Below, piece by piece: positions 26,192 to 33,852 of a DNA stretch of 64,000 nt; position 1 is the first letter of the stretch; each line of letters opens with the position of its first letter. Made by a program: the position numbers and the translations under genes. The DNA is from Vicinamibacteria bacterium (lineage in GTDB: Bacteria > Acidobacteriota > Vicinamibacteria > Marinacidobacterales > Marinacidobacteraceae), in contig OY729431.1 of assembly GCA_963422395.1 (NCBI GenBank), positions 1,760,001-1,824,000 of the forward strand, in the 5' to 3' direction. Below the pieces are notes generated by a model. That model ran no database searches, was not told where the DNA came from, and worked only from the letters and a program-made list of their open reading frames with translations.

Positions 26192-27907
26192 CAGCCTGCG
26201 CCGCAGAAACGGGGCGGGCGATATGGTGGTAGCGACGAGCGGACGGTCGGGCTGCTCGGGAGTTGGGACCGGGGGGCGACACGGTTGCGTGGCATATAAC
26301 TCATTTTATATCATACACTTACGGAAAAGGGGCGAGGGCGTCTCGGATCCGGGGAGGGATGGTTCCGATGGGCACGCGTTTTCGTCAGTATCAGCCGGGG
26401 CAGCTGCTCTTGTTGCCGCCGGATCTGCGGCAGTGGGTTCCGGAGGGGCATTTGGCGCATCACATCAGCGATGTGGTGGACGAGCTGGACTTGTCTGCGT
26501 TCTACGCGCCGTATGCGGGGGACGGGCGGCGGAACGCGCCGTATGACCCGCGGATGATGGTGAAGGTGCTGATCTACGCTTATGCGACGGGGGTGTTTTC
26601 GTCGCGTGGGATTGCGCGGAAGCTGGAAGAGGACGTGGCGTTTCGGATGCTGGCGGCGAGGAACTTCCCGAGGCACCGGACGATCTGCGAGTTTCGTCGT
26701 CGGCATCTGGGGGATTTCCGGGAGTTGTTCGTCGAGGTGGTGCGGGTGGCGCGGCAGTGCGGGCTGGTGCGTTTCGGCAGGCTATCGCTGGACGGGGTGA
26801 AGGTTCGGGCGAACGCGAGCAAGCGCAAGGCGATGAGTTATGGGCGGATGCTGGCCGAGGAGCGGCGGCTTGCGGCGGAGATCGCGGGATATTTGGAGCA
26901 GGCGGGAGAGACCGACGAGCGGGAGGACGCGGCCCACGGGGCGGAGCGGCGCGGCGACGAGTTGCCGGCTGAGCTGCGGCGCCGGGAGGATCGGTTGGCG
27001 GCGATCCGGGCGGCGAAGGTGCAGCTGGAAGCGGAGCAGCGGGCGCGGGACGAGGCGCGGGGGCGGGTCCCCGGACAGACCCACAGTCCGGGGAACGGTC
27101 GGCGCTACCAGCGCGCGCATGGGGAGCCGAAGGCGGAAGCGCAGGGGAACTTCACCGACCCCGAGAGCCGGATCATGAAGACGAGCGCCGAGGGGTTCCA
27201 GCAGTGCTACAACGCGCAGATGGCGGTGGACGGAGAGAACCAGCTGGTGGTGTCGAACCAGCTGACGGCGAATGCGGGCGACCAGGGGCAGCTGCCGGCG
27301 CTGCTGGACCGGGTGCGAGAAGAGTTGGGCGCGGTGCCGGCGGTGGTGTTGGCTGATGCCGGATACTGCAACGAGCGGGACCTGGCACTGCTGGAAACCC
27401 GCGGGATAGACGGGTATGTCGCCGTCGGACGGGAAGGGCGGAAGCGGGCGGCGGGCACTCCCGCGAAGCATCACCCGGCGACCCGCCGGATGAGAGAAAA
27501 ACTGGCGGCTCACGCCGGGCGAAAGATCTACGCGGCGCGGAAGTGGCTGTCCGAGGCGCCCCACGGGTGGATCAAGGAGGTGATGGGGTTCCGGCGGTTC
27601 AGCTTCCGGGGGCTGCGCAAGGCGCAAGGAGAGTGGGACCTGGTCTGCCTGGCGTTGAACCTGCGACGGCTCCCGGGGTTGCTGGCAGCGTAAACGCCTG
27701 CCCCGCCCTGCCCCTGACTCCACGAACCCGCCAATCTGGCCCCTCAACCCGCGAATCTGGCCCCGGTGCGCCTGCTCGAACTCCCCTCCCGCCCGAAAAC
27801 TGCGCGATCCCGCCCCCACCAGACTCCGATCACCAATACCCAACCCACGAATCCTCCACCGAACCCCGAAAATCCCATCCGCCCCAATCTTCCTGCGGCG
27901 CAGACTC
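26192..27907 (+). mobile_element. IS1182-family insertion sequence
   Basis: Imperfect TIRs CAGCCTGCGCCGCAG (left) and CTGCGGCGCAGACTC (right), both flanked by CTAG (26188-26191 and 27908-27911). Confidence 0.85.
26368..27693 (+). CDS. IS1182-family transposase
   Basis: DUF772-like PYDPRMMVKVLIYAYATGVFSSR; DGVKVRANAS; NFTDPESRIM; LADAGY; GFRRFSFRG. Confidence 0.92.
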   Translation: MGTRFRQYQPGQLLLLPPDLRQWVPEGHLAHHISDVVDELDLSAFYAPYAGDGRRNAPYDPRMMVKVLIYAYATGVFSSRGIARKLEEDVAFRMLAARNFPRHRTICEFRRRHLGDFRELFVEVVRVARQCGLVRFGRLSLDGVKVRANASKRKAMSYGRMLAEERRLAAEIAGYLEQAGETDEREDAAHGAERRGDELPAELRRREDRLAAIRAAKVQLEAEQRARDEARGRVPGQTHSPGNGRRYQRAHGEPKAEAQGNFTDPESRIMKTSAEGFQQCYNAQMAVDGENQLVVSNQLTANAGDQGQLPALLDRVREELGAVPAVVLADAGYCNERDLALLETRGIDGYVAVGREGRKRAAGTPAKHHPATRRMREKLAAHAGRKIYAARKWLSEAPHGWIKEVMGFRRFSFRGLRKAQGEWDLVCLALNLRRLPGLLAA

Positions 27908-27920
27908 CTAGCCCCCCGAA

Positions 27921-27957
27921 CCCGCACCGACTGCCCCGACACCGAGGGGATGGAAAC
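27921..27957 (+). CRISPR. Solitary type III-like CRISPR repeat (no array)
   Basis: 37 nt CCCGCACCGACTGCCCCGACACCGAGGGGATGGAAAC with a CCCC/GGGG stem and 8-nt 3' ATGGAAAC. It lies between a cas10 fragment and cas6, and its 13-nt core recurs at 28935-28947. Confidence 0.55.
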
Positions 27958-27973
27958 CTCCTTGGTTCTGTCC

Positions 27974-28190
27974 CATCGGCCAGGGAATATGTCACCCGCC
28001 ATGCCCACCGGGGCCGCGTCCCTCGGCTGCTCCGCCGCCTCGAACTCGTGGAGGAGACCCTGCCCGACCCGGGAGCGGAGATCACTTCCGGGGCGCGCGC
28101 CGTCGGCCGGATCACGAGCACGGCGGGGCGGCCGCTGGGGTGGAGCGGCGCGTCGGCGGTGGCGCTGGCCGCCCTGAAAGGCAACGCGCT
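27974..28190 (+). pseudogene. Duplicated ygfZ 3' fragment (direct repeat copy 2 is 27974-28124)
   Basis: About 93% identical to 16256-16405, with a +1 G and mostly non-synonymous changes; continues as a diverged tail (RPLGWSGASAVALAALKG). Confidence 0.85.
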
Positions 28191-28250
28191 AGCATCGGCA
28201 CCTTCACTGGAAGAGCAGGGCTGCCGAGGTTCGCGAACATGCAAGGCAAG

Positions 28251-28517
28251 ATGGACACCCGGGCTGCGGTGAACACTGCGAAGGATTGGCTCCTCGAGAT
28301 CTTCGCCGACGAAGAGGTCAGTTCGCCCCGGCTCGAAGAAATCCAACTCGACCACGGCGCCGACGCTTGGGAGGTAACGATCAGCTTCAAGCGCGATGGA
28401 AAGTCGCTCGCCGATGTCTTCGGCGGCCGCACGTTCAAGGTCGTCCGGATCGACGATCGGACCGGCGAAGTCGTCGGTATGACCCATCGCAGCCTGCCAG
28501 AAGTTTCGCCCCGTTGA
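28251..28517 (+). CDS. Small acidic protein, putative antitoxin partner of the downstream PIN protein
   Basis: 88 aa MDTRAAVNTAKDWLLEIF...LEEI...WEVTISF...FKVVRIDDRTGEV; stop overlaps the PIN gene start region. Confidence 0.65.
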   Translation: MDTRAAVNTAKDWLLEIFADEEVSSPRLEEIQLDHGADAWEVTISFKRDGKSLADVFGGRTFKVVRIDDRTGEVVGMTHRSLPEVSPR

Positions 28518-28935
28518 GAGTCGTCACCGAAACTTCCTCGACGCGAATCTCATCGTTCTCCTCATCGTCGGAACAGTAAGCAGGGAGCGGATCAGCCAGG
28601 ACAAGCGGACCCGGCGTTTCACTCCGGAGGACTATGACCGCCTTCTGGACCTGCTCGAGCGGAAACGAGTCTTCGTCACCCCGAACACGCTCACGGAAGC
28701 TTCGAACCTGCTCAAGCCCCATCACGAGTTCGAGGAAGTGCTGCGAACCCTGATCGAAGAGAGCACCGAGGAAGCCGTCAGCAGCGCTGCCGCCGCCCGA
28801 TCACACGCGTTCCCCCGGCTCGGACTGACCGACGCCGCATTACTGGAGGTGATCTCGGTGGAGCGTCCATTGCTGACTGTTGATTTGGATCTCTACGCCT
28901 CGCCCGATAACGGCACTTCGTCCACAGACTATTAG
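28514..28935 (+). pseudogene. PIN-domain (VapC-like) nuclease, start apparently frameshifted
   Basis: Manual translation FLDANLIVLL...VTPNTLTEASNL...LGLTDAALL...LLTVDLDLY. No in-frame start codon lies between the stop at 28480 and the PIN motif; TTG 28514 is off-frame. Confidence 0.75.
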
Positions 28936-28971
28936 CCCCGACACCGAACTGCGCCGCGGCGCGTGTCGGGG
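28936..28971. terminator. GC-rich hairpin between the convergent PIN and cas6 genes
   Basis: CCCCGACAC...GTGTCGGGG 9-bp stem enclosing GCGCCGCGGCGC; no U-tract. Confidence 0.45.
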
Positions 28972-28978
28972 TGGGGAG

Positions 28979-29866
28979 TTACGCCCTGGAGATCTGCATT
29001 CGACCCAGGCCGAACACCGTCCCTTTACCGAGATGCGTCCAGCAGCCGGCGGCGAGTAGCGGCCAGAGGCCGGGGGCGCCCGCCGGAAGTTCGACCGTCC
29101 CGGCGACACCTCGCATCTCGACCTCGCAGTGCTGGCTGCCCGACCAGCGAACGAAGTCCCGGCGCTCACCGCGCCAGGACGCAACGGGAAGTTGCTCTGC
29201 CGCAACGAGGACTTCCTGGACGAGGTCCGACGCTAGCGGCGTCTGCGCACTTTCGGCAAGAAGGAGAATGCGGCGCGTGAGCACCACACAGATGTCCTTC
29301 ACGGTGGGGCGCTCGATCAGGCGCCCGCGCCGCAACAGGCGAAGCGGCGTCTGGAACTGGATGCGCAGTCCACCCCTTCCCGCGATTCGGCGCCGCTTCG
29401 TTTCCGCCGCTGTTCGCAGGGACCATCGTTGGGACCGCACCAGCGGCTGACCATCGCAATCGAGCCATCGCACCGCACAGACGCTGAAGGCCGCCCGATC
29501 GGGGCCGAGACCGAGACCCGCCGCGGTATCCCAAGCCCGCACCAACGCGTCTTCGTGTTCGATTGCAGCTCCGAAGAGAATCCAGTCGACCGCGGGAGCG
29601 AAGGCGGGGTCGGGAGGAGCTGGGCGCATCAGATAGAGCGGCAGGCGAGTCGTTCCGGCACTGGATCGGACCCGCTGACCATCGAAAACCCGAGCGTAGG
29701 CCCGGCAATCGAAACCTCTCAGCGCACGCCCCCAGACTCCCCGCAACAGGGATGTAGTTGCACGCACCGCAGCGGTGTCGAGCAGCAAACGGCGCGGCAC
29801 GACGACGATGTCGTCGAGGATGCGCAACAGGCGCTCTTCGAGTTCCCGCCCATCCCCGGATGTCAT
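28979..29866 (-). CDS. cas6: Orphan CRISPR pre-crRNA endoribonuclease Cas6 (RAMP)
   Basis: LRGVWGRAL, FQTPLRL, RWSGSQ..VEMRGVAG and the C-terminal G-loop HLGKGTVFGLG. Confidence 0.88.
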   Translation of the reverse strand: MTSGDGRELEERLLRILDDIVVVPRRLLLDTAAVRATTSLLRGVWGRALRGFDCRAYARVFDGQRVRSSAGTTRLPLYLMRPAPPDPAFAPAVDWILFGAAIEHEDALVRAWDTAAGLGLGPDRAAFSVCAVRWLDCDGQPLVRSQRWSLRTAAETKRRRIAGRGGLRIQFQTPLRLLRRGRLIERPTVKDICVVLTRRILLLAESAQTPLASDLVQEVLVAAEQLPVASWRGERRDFVRWSGSQHCEVEMRGVAGTVELPAGAPGLWPLLAAGCWTHLGKGTVFGLGRMQISRA

Positions 29867-31128
29867 CTCCGGTGCATCGAGCCGCCCCCCGTTCCACCCG
29901 TTCCGAATGCTGGGTCGGGGCCGCGGATCACATCGAGGATCGCCCCCGGGTGGGAGACTCGGACCGACTCGCCGCCTTCCAGCCGGACGGGCGTCCGGAA
30001 GACGAACTTCTCGACCCAGTCCCGATCGAAACGGGTGATGCGCAGGAGAGTGGTCGCGCTCCCGTCGGCGGCCACCGCTTCCACGGTGAAGCCGCCTCCA
30101 CCGAGGTCGAGTTCCTCGGGTGGCAGGACCGCCAGCAGCGAGGCGGGGCCGAACCGAGTCGCACCCGCCTCGAACGCAACCGGCTCGACTGCGGATGCTC
30201 CGGCGGCAACCGTTTCCACAGCGGTCGGTTCGCCGCCCCCCCCCTGAGCCGCAGCATCAGCCGCGCGGCGTTTCCCGGCGGGGAAGACGACGATCTGCGG
30301 GGCATCCTCGAAGGCCAGTCCCTCGGTGTCGAAACCCTTGCGGTACTCGAGGTGAAGGAAAAGCCCGGCTTCCGGCGGAAGCGGATCGAAGACGCCCTCC
30401 GGCCGGAGGCGGGCTCCCTGCCCCACCACCCAGGTAAAGACCGGCGCCGCGTTTCGACAGCCGTCGCCGAGGAAGAGCACCGCCCGGCGGAGAATGGGAA
30501 GCGCTTCCCCGGGGACCAGCGCGAACCCGCCGGCAGCGGCGGGAACATCCTCGCCCCGGACCAGCGGCGCGCAGACTGCCGCCTCGGACTCCAGCTCGCC
30601 GATGCGAACCGGCTCCGCGAGCTGGAGCCGGGGGCCGGAAAGCGGCAGCTCCCCGTCGCGCTTCTCCCCGACTGCATCCGGTGTCTTTTCGGGTGGGGCG
30701 CCCTCGGGAGCGAGACCGATGGCCCAATCCACCAGCCGGTCGGTTTCACGCTCGTCGAGCGTGCGGGCGTGGGCGAACTCTCCCGCCCCGTCGTCGGGAA
30801 GCCAGGGCGGCATCCGCCGCTCGAGCACCTGGCGGGCGATGGAGTTGGCCCAGGGCAGAGCGTCCCCGTAGCGCATCAGATTCACCGGTGCCGGGCCGGT
30901 CCCCGCATGACACGAGGAGCAATGTCGGTCTAGGAGCGGGCGGATGTCGCGCCAGTAGGTATAACGGGACAATTCGGGCTCGTGGGCCGCAGCCGGAAAG
31001 GGGCTGCAAGAGGAGAGGAAAGCACCGATCCCTCCCGCGGCGAGCGCAGCCAGCGGCCCGTACCGCGCGAATGAGGAAAGCCGCGGCATCCGTCTCTCCT
31101 GGATATTCTGGCTCTTCCGATCGCTCAC
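29863..31128 (-). CDS. Cytochrome c (CxxCH) lipoprotein with degenerate copper-monooxygenase-like C-terminus
   Basis: Lipobox FLSSC; TYWRDIRPLLDRHCSSCH...PWA..I..QV.ERRMPPW. Confidence 0.65.
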   Translation of the reverse strand: MSDRKSQNIQERRMPRLSSFARYGPLAALAAGGIGAFLSSCSPFPAAAHEPELSRYTYWRDIRPLLDRHCSSCHAGTGPAPVNLMRYGDALPWANSIARQVLERRMPPWLPDDGAGEFAHARTLDERETDRLVDWAIGLAPEGAPPEKTPDAVGEKRDGELPLSGPRLQLAEPVRIGELESEAAVCAPLVRGEDVPAAAGGFALVPGEALPILRRAVLFLGDGCRNAAPVFTWVVGQGARLRPEGVFDPLPPEAGLFLHLEYRKGFDTEGLAFEDAPQIVVFPAGKRRAADAAAQGGGGEPTAVETVAAGASAVEPVAFEAGATRFGPASLLAVLPPEELDLGGGGFTVEAVAADGSATTLLRITRFDRDWVEKFVFRTPVRLEGGESVRVSHPGAILDVIRGPDPAFGTGGTGGGSMHRR

Positions 31129-31130
31129 GA

Positions 31131-32348
31131 TCAGCCTCCGTCCGGAGCCAGCTCCGGCAGCGCCCTCATCCCTTCGGCGAAGATCTCGTATGCCTCGGCG
31201 ACGCGGGTCCGGTCTCCAAGATCGCCGTAGAGGTCCAGCAGCCAGGCCCCGCGGACGATCTGCTTGAGTGCCACCCAGGGCCGCCGCTCGCCGACCTGCT
31301 CTCCGTAGGCGAGCGCCAGCGTCTTCGCTTCGAGGGCGGGGATGAAGAGGTCCGCCCAGCGTCCGGCAGCGATGAGCGTCTGCACCCGGCGGTCCCGATC
31401 CCGGATCGCTTCGAGGATGGCCCGGGGCGTCTCGGGTACCCGAAGCTCGGGAAGCGCGGCGGACGCAGCGGCGGCGCCGCCGCCGAGCGCGGCGCGCTCC
31501 GCCTCGGAGAGGAAGATGAAGTCGAATCGATCCTCCTTCCGGACGGCACCGGCGGCGGGGAAGTGCACGAAGGCAGTGAAGGCGGTCCGTTCGTCAGGGT
31601 CCGTCGTCACCGGGGCCGAAAGGGCCAGCGGCGCGTCAGAAGAAGGGGCGGGGGAAGGGGCGGCCAGCGCGACCGGATCGCCGATCGGAGCGCCCGCCTC
31701 GTCCACCTCGACGAGGCGCGCCTCGAAGGGAGCCGGCGGGAGCGGGCGGGTGAAAGAGTCGTAGAAGTAGAGTCGGAACTGTCCGTCCTCGAGTGCCCCT
31801 TCGAGGTGGTGGATGCCGTTCGGCGCCATGAACAGGATCCCCCCGTGGCGGGGGTTGTGATCGCCGTGTTCGGAGACCCGCGTGGTCTCGGCGCGCGGCG
31901 CTCCGGACGCGCAGACGCCGGGCTCGACGAAGAAGCGGTCGGAAGCCTCCGGGCAGTACCAGACGACCTCCCGGGTGGCTGGCACCAGCGGGTCGCCGGT
32001 ATCCGGGCAGCGGCCGGGACTCTCTTCCACCACTCCGTCCTCGATCCCGAGGCAGACATAGCGGGTGACCAGCGTGCGGCGGACGAGCTCCATGCCGCAG
32101 AGCGGACAACGGCCCTCGTCATGCGCCTGATGGTCGCGGTGCATGGGACAGAGCCAGACGGTATAGGCGTCTCCGGCGGACCCGGTCGGTTCCGTCTGGG
32201 CCGGCTTGCTTCCGGAGGGCACCGTCCGGACGGGTGCAGCCGCTGCAGCCGCCAGAGATTCGCAGGCCGAGATGGGCGAAGCAGGTGCGAGCGCCGCGGA
32301 GAGCCCGATCAGGAGGCCCGCCGCGAGCCCGAAGCGGTCGCGCAGCAC
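31131..32348 (-). CDS. Secreted heavy-metal-binding-domain protein
   Basis: WLCPMH...GRCPLCGMELV plus two degenerate copies; HGDHNPRHGG...HHLEG. Confidence 0.75.
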   Translation of the reverse strand: MLRDRFGLAAGLLIGLSAALAPASPISACESLAAAAAAPVRTVPSGSKPAQTEPTGSAGDAYTVWLCPMHRDHQAHDEGRCPLCGMELVRRTLVTRYVCLGIEDGVVEESPGRCPDTGDPLVPATREVVWYCPEASDRFFVEPGVCASGAPRAETTRVSEHGDHNPRHGGILFMAPNGIHHLEGALEDGQFRLYFYDSFTRPLPPAPFEARLVEVDEAGAPIGDPVALAAPSPAPSSDAPLALSAPVTTDPDERTAFTAFVHFPAAGAVRKEDRFDFIFLSEAERAALGGGAAAASAALPELRVPETPRAILEAIRDRDRRVQTLIAAGRWADLFIPALEAKTLALAYGEQVGERRPWVALKQIVRGAWLLDLYGDLGDRTRVAEAYEIFAEGMRALPELAPDGG

Positions 32349-32401
32349 CCCCCGAATCTAGCATCTCGCCGGGAATCGAGCCGATTTCCGGGGATCGGTA
32401 G

Positions 32402-32887
32402 TCAGACGGGAGTCCGCGAGAGTTCCGCGACGATTCCGTTCGCGGCACGGACGAGATCGCGGGGGGCGATCAAGATCTCCTCGCCCCACACTCCGGCGCC
32501 GACGCCGAGAATCTGTTCTTCGAGGAGCGCCTCGTCGAGGAAGGTCCGGGTTCCCGGCGGCTGCCAGGAGAACGGCGGGATGGAGCCGATCCGGTAGCCG
32601 GTGAACTCCAGCACCGCCTCGGGGTTCGCCAGACGGATGTTGCGGTTACCCATCGCCCGCTTCAGGCGCCCGGAGACGACATTCCGATCCCCGCCAACCG
32701 CGATCAGCGCCCGCTCCCCGGCCCCCGATTCGAAGATGAGGGTCTTGACCATCTGGCTCTCCCGAAACCCGAGCGCCTGTGCCACCGCCCGGGCGCCCTT
32801 GGGAGTAGAGGCCGGAAAGATCCGACGCTCCCAAGGGATCCCGAGCGCGTCGAGATGCCGGTGCGCGGGCAGCGGCGGGCCGTTCAC
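32402..32887 (-). CDS. YbaK/EbsC aminoacyl-tRNA deacylase
   Basis: MVKTLIF, TGYRIGSIPPF and GVGAG motifs; GTG 32887 overlaps the SDR stop. Confidence 0.85.
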   Translation of the reverse strand: MNGPPLPAHRHLDALGIPWERRIFPASTPKGARAVAQALGFRESQMVKTLIFESGAGERALIAVGGDRNVVSGRLKRAMGNRNIRLANPEAVLEFTGYRIGSIPPFSWQPPGTRTFLDEALLEEQILGVGAGVWGEEILIAPRDLVRAANGIVAELSRTPV

Positions 32888-33777
32888 CGGGAAGGTCTGC
32901 CGCTCAGACCGCGGCCGACCCACTGCCCCAGGAAGCGGACCGCGGCGCGCGGGAGCAGCCTCGGGACCCAGGGCACGAGGCGCGGCAGGAGCCCCGGATG
33001 GATCACCACCCGGCCCCGAAGCACACCCCGGTAGCCGGCGCGGGCGACCCGGGCCGGATCGGCGAGAGCGAGCCGCCGCAGCCCGGCGATGCTCCGGATG
33101 CCGGCGCGGCTCAGGAACGGCGTATCCACCGGGCCCGGGCAGAGCACGCTCACCGTGACTCCCGACCCGGCGAGCTCGCCGGCGAGGCCCTCGGTGAGAT
33201 GGAGCACGAAGGCCTTGGTAGCGGCGTAGGCGGTGAACCCGAGTCCCGGTACGTACCCGGCGCCCGAGCCCACATTCAGGATCCGCCCTCGGCCCCGTCC
33301 GATCATGCCCGGCAGGTAGAGGTGGCAGAGATCGGCGAGCGCACCCAGGTTCAGCGCGATCATGGCCCGCTGGATCCGAAGCGGGACTTCGGAGAAGGGC
33401 CGGCTCATCCCGAAGCCGGCATTGTTGATGAGGAAGTCCACCTCGATGCCCCGCTCTCCGGTGGCGGCGTGGAGCCTTTCGACGGCCCCCGGCTCGGTGA
33501 GGTCCAGCGGCAGCGGCGCCGCCCGCACCCCGTACTCTCCGCGGATCGCCGCCGCCACCCGATCGAGCCGTTCTCCGTTCCGGGCCACGAGCACCAGATC
33601 CCGGCCGTCGGCGGCGCAGAGCCGCGCCAGTTCGAGACCGATTCCGGTGGAAGCGCCGGTCACGAGCGCCCACCGATCCGCGCGGGAAGCGCCCCGCCGC
33701 TGAAGGCCCGCAGCGTCGGGCGCGTCGGACCCGGGCACGCCTGCCGATGAAGCGGCGAGGCGGGGATCTTTTCCCAT
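32884..33777 (-). CDS. SDR-family oxidoreductase
   Basis: TGASTGIG, NNAG, YAATK motifs. Confidence 0.92.
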   Translation of the reverse strand: MGKDPRLAASSAGVPGSDAPDAAGLQRRGASRADRWALVTGASTGIGLELARLCAADGRDLVLVARNGERLDRVAAAIRGEYGVRAAPLPLDLTEPGAVERLHAATGERGIEVDFLINNAGFGMSRPFSEVPLRIQRAMIALNLGALADLCHLYLPGMIGRGRGRILNVGSGAGYVPGLGFTAYAATKAFVLHLTEGLAGELAGSGVTVSVLCPGPVDTPFLSRAGIRSIAGLRRLALADPARVARAGYRGVLRGRVVIHPGLLPRLVPWVPRLLPRAAVRFLGQWVGRGLSGRPSR

Positions 33778-33852
33778 GAGCAGTTAGGGTATCGGGGCGG
33801 AGCTGCCGCGCCGATTTCCGAACCAACCGAGGAAAACCGAACGACCGGAACC

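Noticed and set aside
18929-27907. Composite transposon carrying the R-M system
   Set aside because: No matching IS copy or end detected on the left of hsdR.
16256-28124. DGR template/variable repeat interpretation of the ygfZ duplicate
   Set aside because: Substitutions are not confined to adenines of one copy, and there is no reverse transcriptase in the window.
27694-29000. Full CRISPR array near cas6
   Set aside because: Only one complete and one partial repeat-like unit, 1 kb apart. The 19-nt tandem at 27725-27764 lies inside the IS and has no spacer.
32888-33826. 474-aa YbaK fusion
   Set aside because: Shadow of the SDR gene; YbaK starts at GTG 32887.
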